A stretch of 64,000 nucleotides of DNA from Zygnema circumcarinatum SAG 698-1b (taxonomy: Eukaryota; Plantae; Zygnematophyceae): assembly GCA_037447605.1 (NCBI GenBank), contig CM074814.1, positions 2,790,001-2,854,000 on the forward strand, read 5' to 3'. The position numbers and the translations under genes are program-made. Shown one piece after another: positions 24,892 to 37,866 of the stretch. The notes below the pieces were generated by a model. The model was not told the origin of the DNA. It searched no databases and saw only the letters and a list, made by a program, of their open reading frames with translations. How positions within the stretch are numbered: position 1 is the first letter of the stretch; each line of letters opens with the position of its first letter.

Positions 24892-25159
24892 AGCCCTCTC
24901 CTTCACCACCCTCTCCCTCCCTCCCTCCCTCCCCTTTTCCCCCTCTCCCCCTCCCCCTCTCTCCCACCCTCTTCCAACCGCTCTCCACCTCCCACTCCCA
25001 CTTCTCCTCTCTCCTGATCCCTCCACTTGTCCCTACTTCCAATGCCGCCACCCTCTCCCCCCCTCTCTGCCTTCCTCTCTCCCGCCATGGCTTCCCCGCC
25101 ATAGCCACTGCTGCTCCCAAGACTCCGAAAAGGAAACATCTTGCATCTTCCAATAGAAA

Positions 25160-25330
25160 CCCGCCACGTGTACATTTCGTACACGTGACGAATTCCCATT
25201 GGAAGGGGTGAGAGTACTGTTCGCCGTGAAGCTAGAATTGTTTTTGAGGAAAGGTGCCACGTGGCAGCCACGGCACGTGCGAAGCACGTGTCTGTAAGTG
25301 CCTGAATTTGCGGCGAGCTCGACACGTCTC
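25160..25330. promoter_or_regulatory. G-box/ABRE cluster upstream of the UBZ-PGAM gene
   Basis: Five CACGTG in about 130 bp, plus ACGTGGC half-sites further on. Confidence 0.45.
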
Positions 25331-25545
25331 CTTTTTGGCCAACGTGGCAGGTTGATTGGACAGGAGGGAAATGAGGAAGGCGGCGATTGGCGGACGCGTC
25401 CAAGGATCAAGGGAGTGGCGCCGACGTGGCAGGAGGAAAGGTCGATTGCAAGGGCGGAGGGAGGGTCAATGAGTGGACCTGGTTCAACATTTGACCCAGT
25501 TCTTCAGCGTTTTAAGTTCTTTCTTCTTCTTTTAAGTTCTTCAGC

Positions 25546-26211
25546 CCCCCTCTTTTTGGTTATCCCGCCCCTGTTTTTTTGAAATGCCACCCTCCCATTT
25601 TGGCTATCCCCCCCCCCCATTTTGGATATGTCGGGAGGAGATAACCCCTCCCCTTCCCCCTCCTCCCCTCCCCTGCCCTTCCCTCCCGTCCTCTTCCCTC
25701 CCCTCCCCTCCCCTCCCCTGCCCTTCCCTCCCGTCCTCTTCCCTCCCCTCCCCTCCCTTTTTGGTCCTCCTCTGCTCTCTCCCTCTCTCTCCTCTGCTCT
25801 CTCTCTCGTCTGCTCTCTCTCTCTCTGCTCTCTCCTCTGCTTTCTCTCCTCTAGTCTCTCTCTCTGCTCTCTCCTCTAGTCTCTCTCGCCTCTACTCTCA
25901 CTCTGCTCTCTCACTCTCTCTCTCCTTTTGCTCTCTCTCTCCTCTGCTTTCTCCTCTGCTCTCTCTCCTCTAGTTTCTCTCTCCTCTGCTCTCACTCTCC
26001 TCTCTCTCTCTGTCTCTCTTCTCTGCTCTTTTCTCTCTGCTAATGTCTTTACGGACGTTGCGCTGATGTGCGAGAAGGAGAAAACAGGGGGGTGAATATC
26101 CAAAATGAGAGGGGCGGGATATCCAAAACATGGGGCGGAATAGCCAAACTGGGATGGTGGGATTTCAAAAAAACAGGGGCGGGATAACCGAAACGGGGGC
26201 GGTATATCATT
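25546..26211. mobile_element. Foldback-like / MITE-like element with long modular inverted arms
   Basis: 25558-25585 (ggttatcccgcccctgtttttttgaaat) is a perfect 28-bp reverse complement of 26162-26189, with imperfect pairing extending to about 70-80 bp. No TSD was identified. Confidence 0.5.
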
Positions 26212-26872
26212 TTCCTTTGTTGATTGTTGATCAAGTTGTTGGTCCGAAAAATCGCTATATTTTTGGGCCCTTTTCTCCATTTCGAGCTAACAGTCGAGCA
26301 TACATCAATCGGTGGTGAACACGCGTAGAAACTGTCGACTTGGCGAATCGCCATTGGAGGATTCAGAACCTTGACTGAAGAATGGCTCACACCTGAGTTG
26401 ACTCACTCGGGTCGCGTTTGGCTCGGGCCGAGACTCTACCAAGGTCCACAGCCAGACCTTCCTCGACTCCTCGAGCAGCCCCGAACATTGCTCGGGTCGA
26501 GCCAAACCGAGCCGAGCCAATTTGGGCTCCCCGCACCCTGGAGGCGTTGTTCAAATCCTTCCTTCCAATCCGAACCAGTACAGAATACAGACTACACCAT
26601 TCTTTCCCAAAGTACTAAATCTAAGTTGTAGCGTCATCAGCCGCGACCAGCCATTCAAATCCGTACTACTGTACCTCCAAACTCGACTCCCCCTCTTGAC
26701 CTTGCAGCGCTCCTCGCTTCTACACATAGAATGCGTACTCTTCCCCATGATAATTGTCCTTCCGCCAAAGTGCTGGTTCTAGTTTGGGACCCTGCGGATA
26801 AGCAGCCTCCTGCCCCCTCTTCGCCGCCCTCTCTCTCTCTCTCTCGCTCTCCCTTCCTCCGCCGCCGCAGCC

Positions 26873-29057
26873 ATGGCGGCCTCCCTCCTCGCGCCCGCCA
26901 TGGCCAGCCTCGCGCTCGGACCTGCCAGCGTCACTTTCAGTGAGGGAGGGACGCGCTCGGCGGCGGCGGGAGGGCGGTTCGCCTCCTTCTGCGGGCTGGC
27001 CTGCAACGGCCTGGCGGGAGGGAGGGCGGCCGCGGGCAGGCGGCAGGCCACAGGTGATGATGCACGGGAGGGGGATTGAGGGGAGGATGTGATGGAGGTT
27101 GAGGGGAGGGAGGGGAGGGGGAGAGTGGGGAGGGGAGTGGGAGGGAGGGGAGGGGGATGGGAGGATGTGATCGATGTTGAGGGGATGGAGGGGAGCATGA
27201 ATTAGGGTTGTTGGAATGAGAATGATGGTGATGAGGCTGGTGATGTTGGTGGTGGTGGTCGTGGGAGTGATGTTGGGGGTAATGATGTTGCTGATGTTGA
27301 AGGTGATGTTGGTGATGTGCAGAGGAGACCCAGAGAGTGGCGGTGGTGCAGGCGGTGAGTGCTCCGAGGAAGGAGAAGCGGAAGGTTCGGCACGAGCGCA
27401 TCCGCAGGAAGGTCAGCAACTACAATTTAATTTGGGGTTTCATTGAGGGTTTATGGAACTGCAGAACAACGCTCAGAGTCTAGGGTTCAGGGCTGAAAGG
27501 GTGGGAAATTCAGAGGGAATTTTTTAGGGTTTCTTTTTTTGAGGTCTCAAAAGTCAGGGGTATGGCTGAAGCTTAGGATTCTGGGTCAGTTTCAGGGTCC
27601 GATCAAGACTGTAGGGTTCAAGGCTTTGGGGAATGCGGGGTTCTAGGTACATTGTTTGAAGAACTTATTGCAGGGTTCAGGGCTCGGGGCTTTTAGGGCT
27701 TTGGGAAACCTATGGCTCTTAACCGGTGGGGTTCAGAAACCCGTAGGACTCCGAATATGGAAAATTGGAACCCAAATTTTCGAAGTCTGTTCAGAAGCTC
27801 AAAACTTGAGAGAGAGAGACGTTTCTTTGTTCAAATGGGTTTTGGAAGTTGCTCAGTGACGGCTTGAGATTCATGCATTTAGGGGTTTTGGAGGTTTTTA
27901 GGGTTTGGGGGGTGCTGGGATTATGGAACTTGCTGGGTTCTGCGTGTTCAGAGCTTTTTGCAGATGCTAGGGTATGCGATTTTTCGGGTTTTTGGGGGTT
28001 TCCCTTTCTAAATTTTATTCCGCTGTCTGTAAGGCAAGGGCTCTGAGGATTAAACTTGTAATCTCTTGATCTGCCATGAGAGCGATAAAGAAATTTGAAC
28101 ATGAAGAGCCTTTGCATGCACCGCCCTTATGTTTTCCGGAATTTGGAATAGAAGGGATCCTAGAGAGGGAGGGAGGAAGGGAGGGGGGGAGGTAAGGGGG
28201 GGGCGGAGTGGGGGGAGGAGGGAGGGAGGGCGGGAGCGAGGTAGGGGAGAGGGAGGGAGGGGGAGGAGGGAGGGACGGGGGAAGGAGAGAAAAGGAGTCT
28301 CAGTTTCCAAAGCCGCATGACTCGCTTGATGCACAGCCTCTTTGCATTTCATATATTTGAAATCCTTCGTATGTCAGAGACTTATTTTCAGGGTTTGTAT
28401 TTATGGTTTTTTTCTAGAGTTTGTTTTTTGTTTTCTATGTTGCAGCTATCCGGTACTGCGGAGCGTCCCCGCCTCGCGGTTTTCCGTTCCAACAAACACA
28501 TATACGCTCAAGTGATTGATGACACGCAGATGCACACTTTGGCGGCAGCTTCCACAATTCAACCTTCTCTCCGAGAAGAACTCAAACTTACCGCGGGCCC
28601 CACCATCGTAAGTCGTCTTACGCTACCTTTTTTGTTTCCCCTTCGAGTCCTTGCTTGATTTCTGCAACTCACTCTGTCTGTTTCTCTATGAGGTTGTTGT
28701 TGCAGCCTGGTTTTAGTGTACAATATTAATGCAGATTACATCTGGTTGTCGAGCTCTCTCACAGTAGTTTCTCCTTCTCTCACCCCTCTTCCTCCTCTCT
28801 CCCGCCCTCCTTTACTTTCCCAACCCCCTTTCCCCCTCCTTCCCTCCCCCCCTCTGTCACGCCTCACAATCCTCTCTCTCTGCACCTCTCCCTTCACAAA
28901 ATTTCAGGAAGCTGCCCGACGTGTCGGCGTGGAGATCGCAAAAGTTGCGGTGGAGAAAGGGATCACAAAAGTTGCATTTGACAGAGGGGGCTTTCTCTAC
29001 CACGGCCGGATTCAGGCGCTAGCGGAGGGAGCTCGAGAGGGAGGGCTCGAATTTTAG
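26873..29057 (+). CDS. RPL18: Nucleus-encoded plastid 50S ribosomal protein L18
   Basis: Exons 26873-27053, 27323-27411, 28446-28607 and 28908-29057. A transit peptide is followed by [34 protein letters not shown]...[29 protein letters not shown]. Confidence 0.95.
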
Positions 29058-30610
29058 GTTAAGCTGCTGAGGATGAGAACGGTGGCATTAATGCAGTTAT
29101 ATGAAGTAAATTGTCCTTTCACGCATAGATTCAGTTGGTAAGATTCGTAGTTCAATCGACTTTTGATGATGTCGGTTACCGTAGAATGGTTCAGTTGAAA
29201 CAGAGAGCTGAACTGGAAGTGGAACTGTGTAGAGTGTCTGCGCTCGGCTCGTGGGAGTGAGCAGTATTTTATTGAAACACGGAGGCGGGTGAGGGAGAGG
29301 GGGAGAGGAAGGGAGTGGGAGAGGGAAGGGTAGGAGATGAGTGGGAGAGGAAGAGAGAAAAAATGGAATGGCTGGTAGTTACACAGTGAAGGTGTGGCTG
29401 CTTTGTTGTAGAAAAAGAAGAAAGGAGGCCTGATTTCGAGTAATCTGTCTTCTCATGTCTCTCTCCTCGTCCTCCCCACCTTTCCTCCCATCCCTCTCCC
29501 TTTCCTCTCTTTCCCACCTTTCCTGCCTCCCCTCCCTCCCCTTTTTCTCTTCCATTTTCCGTCACTCCTCGCTCCCTTCCCTTCGTTCTCTCGCTCCTTT
29601 TTTCCTCCTCTCCCTCCCTCCCCTCTCCCTCAACTCGCCTTGTGCCTTTACCCCTTTCTGTTCTCTCCTTTCCATTGAAACAATTCAAAGTTGCTAAACT
29701 TCGAAGCAAAAAAAAAGAAATGGAAAAAAAGAAAAACAGCCGGATCAAGTCTGTGATATTTCTTCCAAACTGTTGTCTCAAAAACTCAGTGGTGCAGCCG
29801 CCTTTGTACGTAGGCTCCCATTCAATGCCAAAAAGGTGGTAAAATATAGGAGCTGCTACTGCGCCTGCTCTCGCTCTCTTCCCTCCCTCCCGCTCCCTCC
29901 CTCCCTCTGCCTCCCTCCCAGCCGGAAACACTACACAAAGAGAAACCTAGAACTTTCTTCTGCACCCTTCTTACAGTAAACGGGAAAAACATTAAAAGCA
30001 ACAAAAATCTCCCTATAGCCTTCTATGTACGAAATTACAGATGGTCTGATCCTGAGCCACTGATTCTCTCTCTCACACAAACGCGGAGATTAAGCTTCTT
30101 TTTACAAAATCACGGTCGGCCTGATCCTGGTCCACAAATTCTCTAACACTGTGGAGGTGTTGTTGGGAGCTTTGAAGCAGCCACTAGGCGGAGTCACATT
30201 TTACAGTTGACTGAATCTATGAATCTCCTCTCCCTCTGCTGTACAAGCTGCACACACAAACAGACACACCCCCCTACCCCGCTCTCTTTTTACCACTACC
30301 ACTCTCCTACTCTCTCTCTCTCTCTCTACCTCTCTCTGTGGAGCTATGGTACAGGCGTTGTTCCTCTGTAGAAGATCATTCTCTCCACTCGTTTAACGTC
30401 GTCGTCTCTCTCTGCCTCCGTGGGAGCTGCTCTCTGACGAAAAAATCCTTCAGACTTTTGAAGGAATGTTGCTGCCCGACCGGAGGGATACCTTTTGCTC
30501 CCAAAGGTTTTGGCCTCCGTCCATAGTGCAATAAGGCTTCGCCTCGTCGAATCGACTGTCCCAACTTTGGAACTTCATCGTCTCCCCCTTACATTGCACT
30601 CCAAAGGGAT

Positions 30611-32208
30611 TTAAGAAGAGCCAGAATACCTGCAATCAGTTAACAAACAGAACATGTCAGCACTTGCATTGACATTGAAACAAAACAAAGTAACAGAGAG
30701 AAATTCATCAGCAAAAGGAACACTGCCAAGGAGTGCATCATGCATCACATTCGTCCTATACTTTTCGCCTCTCTCTCCAATTTCCCTCCCCTACCCAAAT
30801 CCTCCTTTCTCCGACTCCCTTACCCTCCGCTCCCTCTCTCCCAATTCTTCCTTTCTCGCTCCTCCCTCCCCCTTCCCTCCTTCCCCCTTCTCTCCCTCCC
30901 CAGTCACCCTCTCCCACTCTTTCCTTTCTACCACTCGTCGTCCTCTGCCTCCCTTCTTCCTCTCGTCTCACATTCCCATCCTCTTTCCATCGCTTCCCCC
31001 CAATTCACTCTCCTCACCCCTCGCTCCCTCCCTCATAATTCTCTTCTCTCTCCCCTCTCTCTCCCTGCAGGACCACAAAGAGCCCCCCCCCCGTCCCCCC
31101 AAGCATCCAGCCCTCCCCCAAAATCAACTCCCTGCCCCCGACCTCCCTCCTGCAGGACCATCCCTTCCTCTCCCTCTCCCTTCTCCCTCGCCCCCCTCCT
31201 CTCTCCTGCAGGATCGCCCCTATACCTAGGGGTCTACGCCTAATCCATCCGATTGTACCAGTCGTAGACGGAGGGCCCCCTGCCCTCCTCCACGGCCGCG
31301 CTGAGGCTGCCCGGGAACACCCCCCTCTCCTCCTTCCGGGACCCTGCACATGTGATGACGTCAGAAAACACAACTTCAGAACAGAAAAAGAAAAAACAAG
31401 TTTATGACGACATAAAAAGATAAAAAGAGACAAGTGAGAAAAATTATTCATTCGTTTTTATGGGTCACTCACATTGGCGTAGGGAGTGCACTAATGACTT
31501 TTGACTTTTGACTGCTCAAAAAAACTCGACTGAAACTGCAACTGCACTGCAATTGACCCACAACTGCACTGAAACTGAAACGGCAACTGGAACTGCAACA
31601 AAAATGAAACTGAAACTGAAACTGAAACTGGAACTGAAGCTCGTGAATTACCAGGCGAGGCGAGGCCGAGGGAGCGCGGGCTGGCGGCGAAGGAGGAGGG
31701 GAGGGAGACGGAGCGCGCGGGGCGGAAGGGCGGCTTCGAGATGGAGATGCTCTGCGTGACGTGACGCGCCTCCTCCTGCCGCCGCTGAAACTCTGCACTC
31801 CGCCGCCGCTCGAGGAGGTTCAGCGCCGACTCTGGGAACCCAACGGGGGTAGGATCAGTCAGTTTGATTGTAAGAAAGAGAAGGATTACATTCGCTATGA
31901 TTATAGCATGACTGTAATTACGCCCCAATCATGCAAAAATCAACAAGGCGTACCGAATTTCAAGATACTGCGAGGCTACCCCGAGATATAACTTAGCCAA
32001 ATTCCGGCGAATTTGGATGAATTCTAAACACTTTGAATGTATGCATGATCTTTGTACCGTGCGGAGAGGGTTCCCCTCGGGGGGAGTCCCCGTAGTCGAG
32101 GCTGCTGCGCGGCGAGGCAGGCAGCTCCAGTTTGCGGAGGCGGCCCACGCCCTTCTCCGGTTGGGGCCCGCCGATAGTGTCGTCCCACAGCTTATCCAAA
32201 AGCCCCAT
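30611..32208 (-). CDS. DRM1: Dormancy/auxin-repressed protein (DRM1/ARP family)
   Basis: Begins MGLLDKLWDDTIGGPQPEKGVGRLRK, has the middle motif HVTQSISISKPP and the C-terminal PSVYDW. The likely terminal exon is 30629-30611 (W-YSGSS*). An unspliced alternative would end WYNRMD* at about 31240. Confidence 0.85.
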
Positions 32209-33547
32209 TCTCCCCCAATCTCTCTCTATCTCCTTCTCTCTCTATCTCTCTCTCTCCCCCTCTCCCAATTTTTTTTCCAAGATTTCTCTCTTCCCAGTCT
32301 CTCTCTCTCTCCCTCTCCCGCTCGTGTCTCTCTCTCTCTCTCTCTCTCTCCCCCGTCTCTCTCGTCTCTCTTCCTCTCCCTCGTATCTCTCCCTCTCCCG
32401 TCTCTCTCTCTCTCTCCCTCTCCCTCTCCCTCTCGTATCCCTCTCCCTCGCGTCTCTCTCTCCCTTTCTCCCTCAGCTCGTCCCCGCACGCATTCTTGCA
32501 AGGCCGCTCAAGCCGAGCGCCTTTATGTAAGAATCCAGACGACATAGAACCTCACAAATCCCGTTCCTGTTTGGAATCCGTTGAACTGCGGCTAAGTCAT
32601 TTGTCGGGAAAATAACCAATCACGGCTAACCACGTGTCAATAAATCTGACATGGCGATCACTGATTGGTACACGTGGAAATGAAGTCAAGGCCCGTCCTG
32701 GAATCTGGATGGCCCTTCGGACCATGTCAGCCTTGGATGGTTCCGGCCACGTAATTTCGGGCAGGTTGAGCTGCCCGTCGTTTCCGGTTATGGAAAAGAA
32801 GATAATTTCACACGGGCAGAAACAAAAATAAAATATTTCCTCCTGACCGGCTGTTCGGTCCATCAAATGTTTACCTGTGACCCAATAGAAGGGTTCAGGG
32901 TTCGGTTTTTGGGCAGGTTAAAATAAAGTTTGGAAAACATTTTCAACGAAAGTTTTTCTTGTCACGTGGGTGCTGACGAGGAAAACGGATTTCTCCATTT
33001 TGTCTTTTTGCGCAGGCGCTTCGAGAAACACGTCACTTTGGACACGTCGGATATTTCAAGCCAATCAGAGACGGCCATGGTCGGTCCCGTTTGTCTGTAT
33101 CGAAACATCTGTCAATGCCGAACCAGCACCAAACCAAACCCATACCTGTCAATTTGTCGAACCTGCTTCGAGGAGCCTCGGAACCAATGGAATGGAAGAA
33201 AACATAGGTTCGGTTTAGGTCCGGAAACGTCCATCGGTATATTTTTGTCTTTTCTCCAGGTGTCGGCCCTTTTTGCCTCGGATCACGTGGTCCAATTTGG
33301 GGCGACCCGGGGGAGGGCGCACCTGGGGAGGGCCGTAGCCGTTACTTTTCCGGAAGTGTTCACATTATGTCGGTGACAACGACGCTGGAAAAAGAGAGGG
33401 GCAAGTGAGAACGGAGCCGATCGAAGGCTCAAGGAAATTGCCGTTGTATTTCGATGGCACCAGCAATGCAGGGGGGCGTATGTGGCGAGCTCTGATTGCG
33501 TTCTGCGTCCAATGGAAGGTTTTCAGCCCCAATGTTGAGCCAAGGAT

Positions 33548-33630
33548 TGCAAACGCAAACGCAAATGCAAATGCAAATGCAAATGCAAATGCAAATGCAA
33601 ATGCAAATGCAAATGCAAATGCAAATGCAA
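33548..33630 (+). repeat. (GCAAAT)n hexamer array, about 13 units
   Basis: Seen directly in the sequence; intergenic. Confidence 0.9.
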
Positions 33631-34377
33631 TTTCCGCCCCCTCCCCCCCCTCCCCCCCCTTCTTTTTCTTTCGAGGACTGCAGATAGCTCGGTGGAAAGC
33701 AGAGAAGATGAGTGAGAGATAGAGAGAATAAGAAACAGAGAGGAAAGCAGAGTCTACAAGAAGCTCAATTTCCAAACGTCTTTGCCTCACCGGACAATTG
33801 TGATGGAGCTTTTAGGACTTTTAGGTCGTCAGTTCATGTGGTATAAGTTCATGACTCATGTAGGTGATGCGAGTCTCGACTGCTTTTTCGTTTCGTCCCT
33901 GGGCACGAGGAAACTGAGCGGTTCGTTTTAAAGGCTTTCTGATCTCACTAGTTTACAGAGAAGCCTCTGTCGGACAGATCTGTCCCCCAGAAGGAGCCTC
34001 CCTCAGTCTCGCTTTACATACTGTAGGAAGACAGCCGAGGGGGACGAAAGCATAAAAAACAAGCTCAAAAAAGAGAAGAACAGTAGCACTCTTCATTGGC
34101 AAAACCCTAAAATAGATCCATTCCATAGACTATACAGTTGGAGACAATGCTTATGACCGACCAACATTTGACTATAAATTAAAAAGTTTCAACCTTAGGG
34201 CATTTAAGTTTGATAAAGTTCCATTTGTTCTGTCCAGGCGCGGTTCCATACACAAAGCTCCCGTCACCTCAGCCACAGCCATCCATCCGTTCTCTTCCGA
34301 TCCTTCCATCAAGAAATTTTTGGCAGTACATTTATCACAGCAAAAGTAAGACAATTTAAAGGCCTCCCTGATAGTAT

Positions 34378-37300
34378 CTAAGATGTACCCGTGAAGTACA
34401 ACGGCATTGTTCCCGCAGTAGGAGCCCCCCCAACTCCAGGAGTACCCACCCCCGTCCCAACTCCCATAGTAGATGTCATCTGGGTGGCTTGGTATGGCTG
34501 CGCAGCGTATGTGTATTGCTGCTGCATGGGTGATAGGGCGGATGCAGTAGTGTACTGAGGGGTTCCAGTCATGCCTGCGTAGGTGGGCTGAGGCGTGCTG
34601 TATGCAGTCATGCCTGCTGGGCTTCCATATGTCATCCCAACAGCAGGAGTCGACGGCGCCACCTGCGGTCTGTAGGCGTTCATGTTTCCAACCGGTTGAT
34701 TCATAGTGGTGTAAGTCGCTCCGTAGTTCGGTTGCATGGTCTGTTGCATAGAAGTGACCGGCTGCGCTTGTTGAAGCATGGGAGATTGCACGGAAACAGT
34801 AGCAGCTGCCACATGAAACACGCGTAACACCCACCCGACCATCAGTCATAAAAACAGGAACACAAATTTAATAACTGACTAGCTTTCGCAGACAGGGAAG
34901 TGGGAAAGAGAGGAGAAGTAATTGATTTGACGTACCAGCTGCTTGCTGAGCGGCTTTTTCTCTTTGCCCCTCTGCAGCAACCTTCACGACCATTTGGCGG
35001 CCCTGCAACAGCAAAGAAAAAACACGCAAGCGATTAAGCAACCGAATAGGAAGGAGGTGCCACAATCAGAGTGGCCTAGAATGTTCAAGAAGATTAGCAT
35101 TCAGTCCCTATAGAAGAGATCCCCAGCATTCCAATAACGCTGACACTGCTGGCCACGAAGAAGTCATTCCAACCGCCATTTGCCTAATTCACATTGTGCT
35201 AAATGATCATAGGAAGCGGCCTTACATCGATGGTTTTGTTAGGATCAGCAACAGCTCGCTTCGCACCTTCCACTGTTTTAAAAGTGACGAAAGCAAAGCC
35301 CCTGCAACAGGTACATCTTCATTCACCTGGTAAGTGAATGTAAGCATAAAACAAAGTTGATGCACACAACAATAACGCCCAGCAGCATACATCAGAGTCA
35401 CTTTCACACCCTAAACTTAGAGCAACCCAAGGCTTCAGTACCAATCAACATCTCCAAACGTAAAACAAAACATGACTTGCTCACCGAGATTTATTTGTGT
35501 TTTTGTCATATGCAACAGCTCCCTCTTCGATTTCACCATATTGGGCGAAATAGTTTAGGAGGGTTTCACTGGTTGTCTCATATGAAAGGCTACCGACATA
35601 CAGTTTCCTTTGTGACTGGTCTGCAGAAGATGCTACCGGGGCACTGCTGCCTTGAGCAGCTAAGTTGCAAACAGTCATACGGCCCTGGACAATAAGAACA
35701 CATGGAGTTCAGGAACTGCGAGACATCAAAGTTGTACCCCACACAGGCGACTACAGACCAACATGTTTCATTGCAACGGTGAAAACCACTACGCTCGAAA
35801 TCTATACAACATCAAAATGCTGTGAAATGAGGAACAAAAAAGACGAGCTTATAAAACCCAGCAACAAACTCACATCAATGCGTTTGCTGGGTTCTCGCAA
35901 GGCTCGATATGCAGCGTCCATGTGCTTAAAAGTGATGAAACCAAAGCCACGAGACTTGCCAGTACTCTTATCAGTAATGACTGCTCCTTCTTCGATCTCT
36001 CCATACTGAGCAAAAGCCTGCACAAGACAAAACTCCACAAACGTTCTGATTATTTCTACAAATGTCAGAGGCCAGCAAAGTACTAGACTTGAAAAACGTC
36101 TAAGGGTAACACTGGGTGGGCAGAAGCTGTGGTCGATCCTTTACTGACTAAGAACACCAAAATGACGGGTCAAAAACTCAACGACTCCCCCAGAACACCA
36201 TACCACAGATCTCAACACTCTGAGACCACGAAGTAAGGAAGAATACAAGGAAAAGTGAAGGCTTTCAAAAGACAAAATGGAGACAGCCGTAACAGGTAAG
36301 CCTCAAGGCAAGCACTCACTTCCCGCAGAGTCACTGTGGTGGTCTCCCAAGCCAGGCCACGCACAAACAGCTTCCGATGCGCAGGGTCCTTGCTGGCAAC
36401 CTCATTAATCTCTTCAGCAACCATAGCATAATGTACCCCACTGTCATCACCACTCGCCGTTGCCCGCCATATCCGCCCAAAGACCCACAAATTTGCATAC
36501 ACACGAGTCAATCCAGGCAGACAAGCAGCTCTTGCATGCCTTCAACTTCCTGCATCCCTGCATGTTCTGACATCCCTCTCCTGTTGTATCAGCATAGCAT
36601 TACAGTCAAAAAAAATTCGGACAATCACACCGAAGGCAGACTTCAGTGCTCCAACCATGCCAGTTTCAAAAAAACAGGGGAGGCATCAAAAGGAGCCATC
36701 AGCTTAATAGTATACTTTCCACGGTCAAACAGTCACTAACCAACAATTAACCAGCAAGTTAACCTAGCCCAGAATGGCCCCAGCCAGACGCATGCCCAAC
36801 CGCCACTATTCAGACTAAGTACTCACCAACCTAATACGCAAAATACAGATTTATGGAAATACCGTATGTTACTTCATTTAATGACAAAAATATTCAATGG
36901 TTCCCTTGACCAGATTGTAGCTTTGTGGAATGTTGCAAAGACACATCGGACTAGAGGGACCTGATGCCGTGCATACAGGCCTTTCATAGTCTACAGCATG
37001 CAGGATTGCTGCCATGCAAGTAAACGAATAAAGCTTTTCTGTTTCCAGTAACCAAGCAGGGAAAACCCTTTTCTCTCCTTCCTCCCAAGCAGGGATGAAC
37101 TACCCTTCTATCAAACAGAAGCAAATCCTAGAAAACATTTGTTCGGACAGTTTCATAAGGTTGGGTGGGTGAATAAGAAACTAATCGAGAAACTCGAGAC
37201 TGAAAGTTAGAGAAACCAGCAAAGGGAGTCAAACGAAGTCAAACAAAATCCATACCTTCACTTGACAAGAGAGTTCCGTTCAACAAACACAACAAAGTGA

Positions 37301-37596
37301 GGAATAGACCTCTCTAGATAGACCGAAACTAACTCGTTCTAAACACAAAAAACACAGCAACAGATACAGACTAAGGCAGGAAAGGAAGATTCCATGCACG
37401 CTGCTGCTGCTGTTGCTTCAAGAGGGGTTGCAAGTGGCTTAGTCACACACGCGTTGGCCAGCAGGTCAACCAACTGCTCCTTTGTGAGGGGTTCCAGCAG
37501 CTTCTTGAGCTCATCCTTGGAGAGGGCTCCTGCAGACCCCTCCGCCCCGTTAGCGCCGTCCTCGAACTTCCTCTTCTTCTCGTCGGGGAGTTCCAT
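34378..37596 (-). CDS. UBA2: UBP1-associated protein 2 (UBA2-like) hnRNP with two RRMs and a Q/Y/G-rich tail
   Basis: ATG 37596 ([10 protein letters not shown]...[15 protein letters not shown]). RRM1: [12 protein letters not shown]...[15 protein letters not shown]2: [12 protein letters not shown]...NKSR. The low-complexity last exon ends at TAG 34378. Confidence 0.85.
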
Positions 37597-37821
37597 GATT
37601 TCAAAAATCACGGAATCGTCTCCCCGCTCTTCCCACCGCTCGCTGTCGAACTCAACCTCCACTTCTTCCCCTTTGAATTCTCTACTTTTTTTTATCGTTT
37701 CTCTTCCTTGATTCTCACGCCCCCACTTCTTCCTCTTCCTCTTCTCTTCTCCGCCCCCTCTTGAGCCGCAACAAGAGGCCTGCTCCTGCTTGCAAGAATC
37801 TGCTCGCCCCCTCAGCACCTC

Positions 37822-37866
37822 CAAAACCCTAAAATTGCTGCTTCCAAAACCCTAAACCCTAAAACT
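37822..37866 (-). promoter_or_regulatory. Telo-box cluster (AAACCCTA) in the 5' region of the UBA2-like gene
   Basis: aaaaccctaaaa...aaaaccctaaaccctaaaa lies about 230-270 bp upstream of the ATG. Confidence 0.5.

Noticed and set aside
27190-27320. His/Gln-rich ORFs on the minus strand (26937-27419)
   Set aside because: They are antisense to the RPL18 intron (GGT/GAT repeats) and have no protein-family features.
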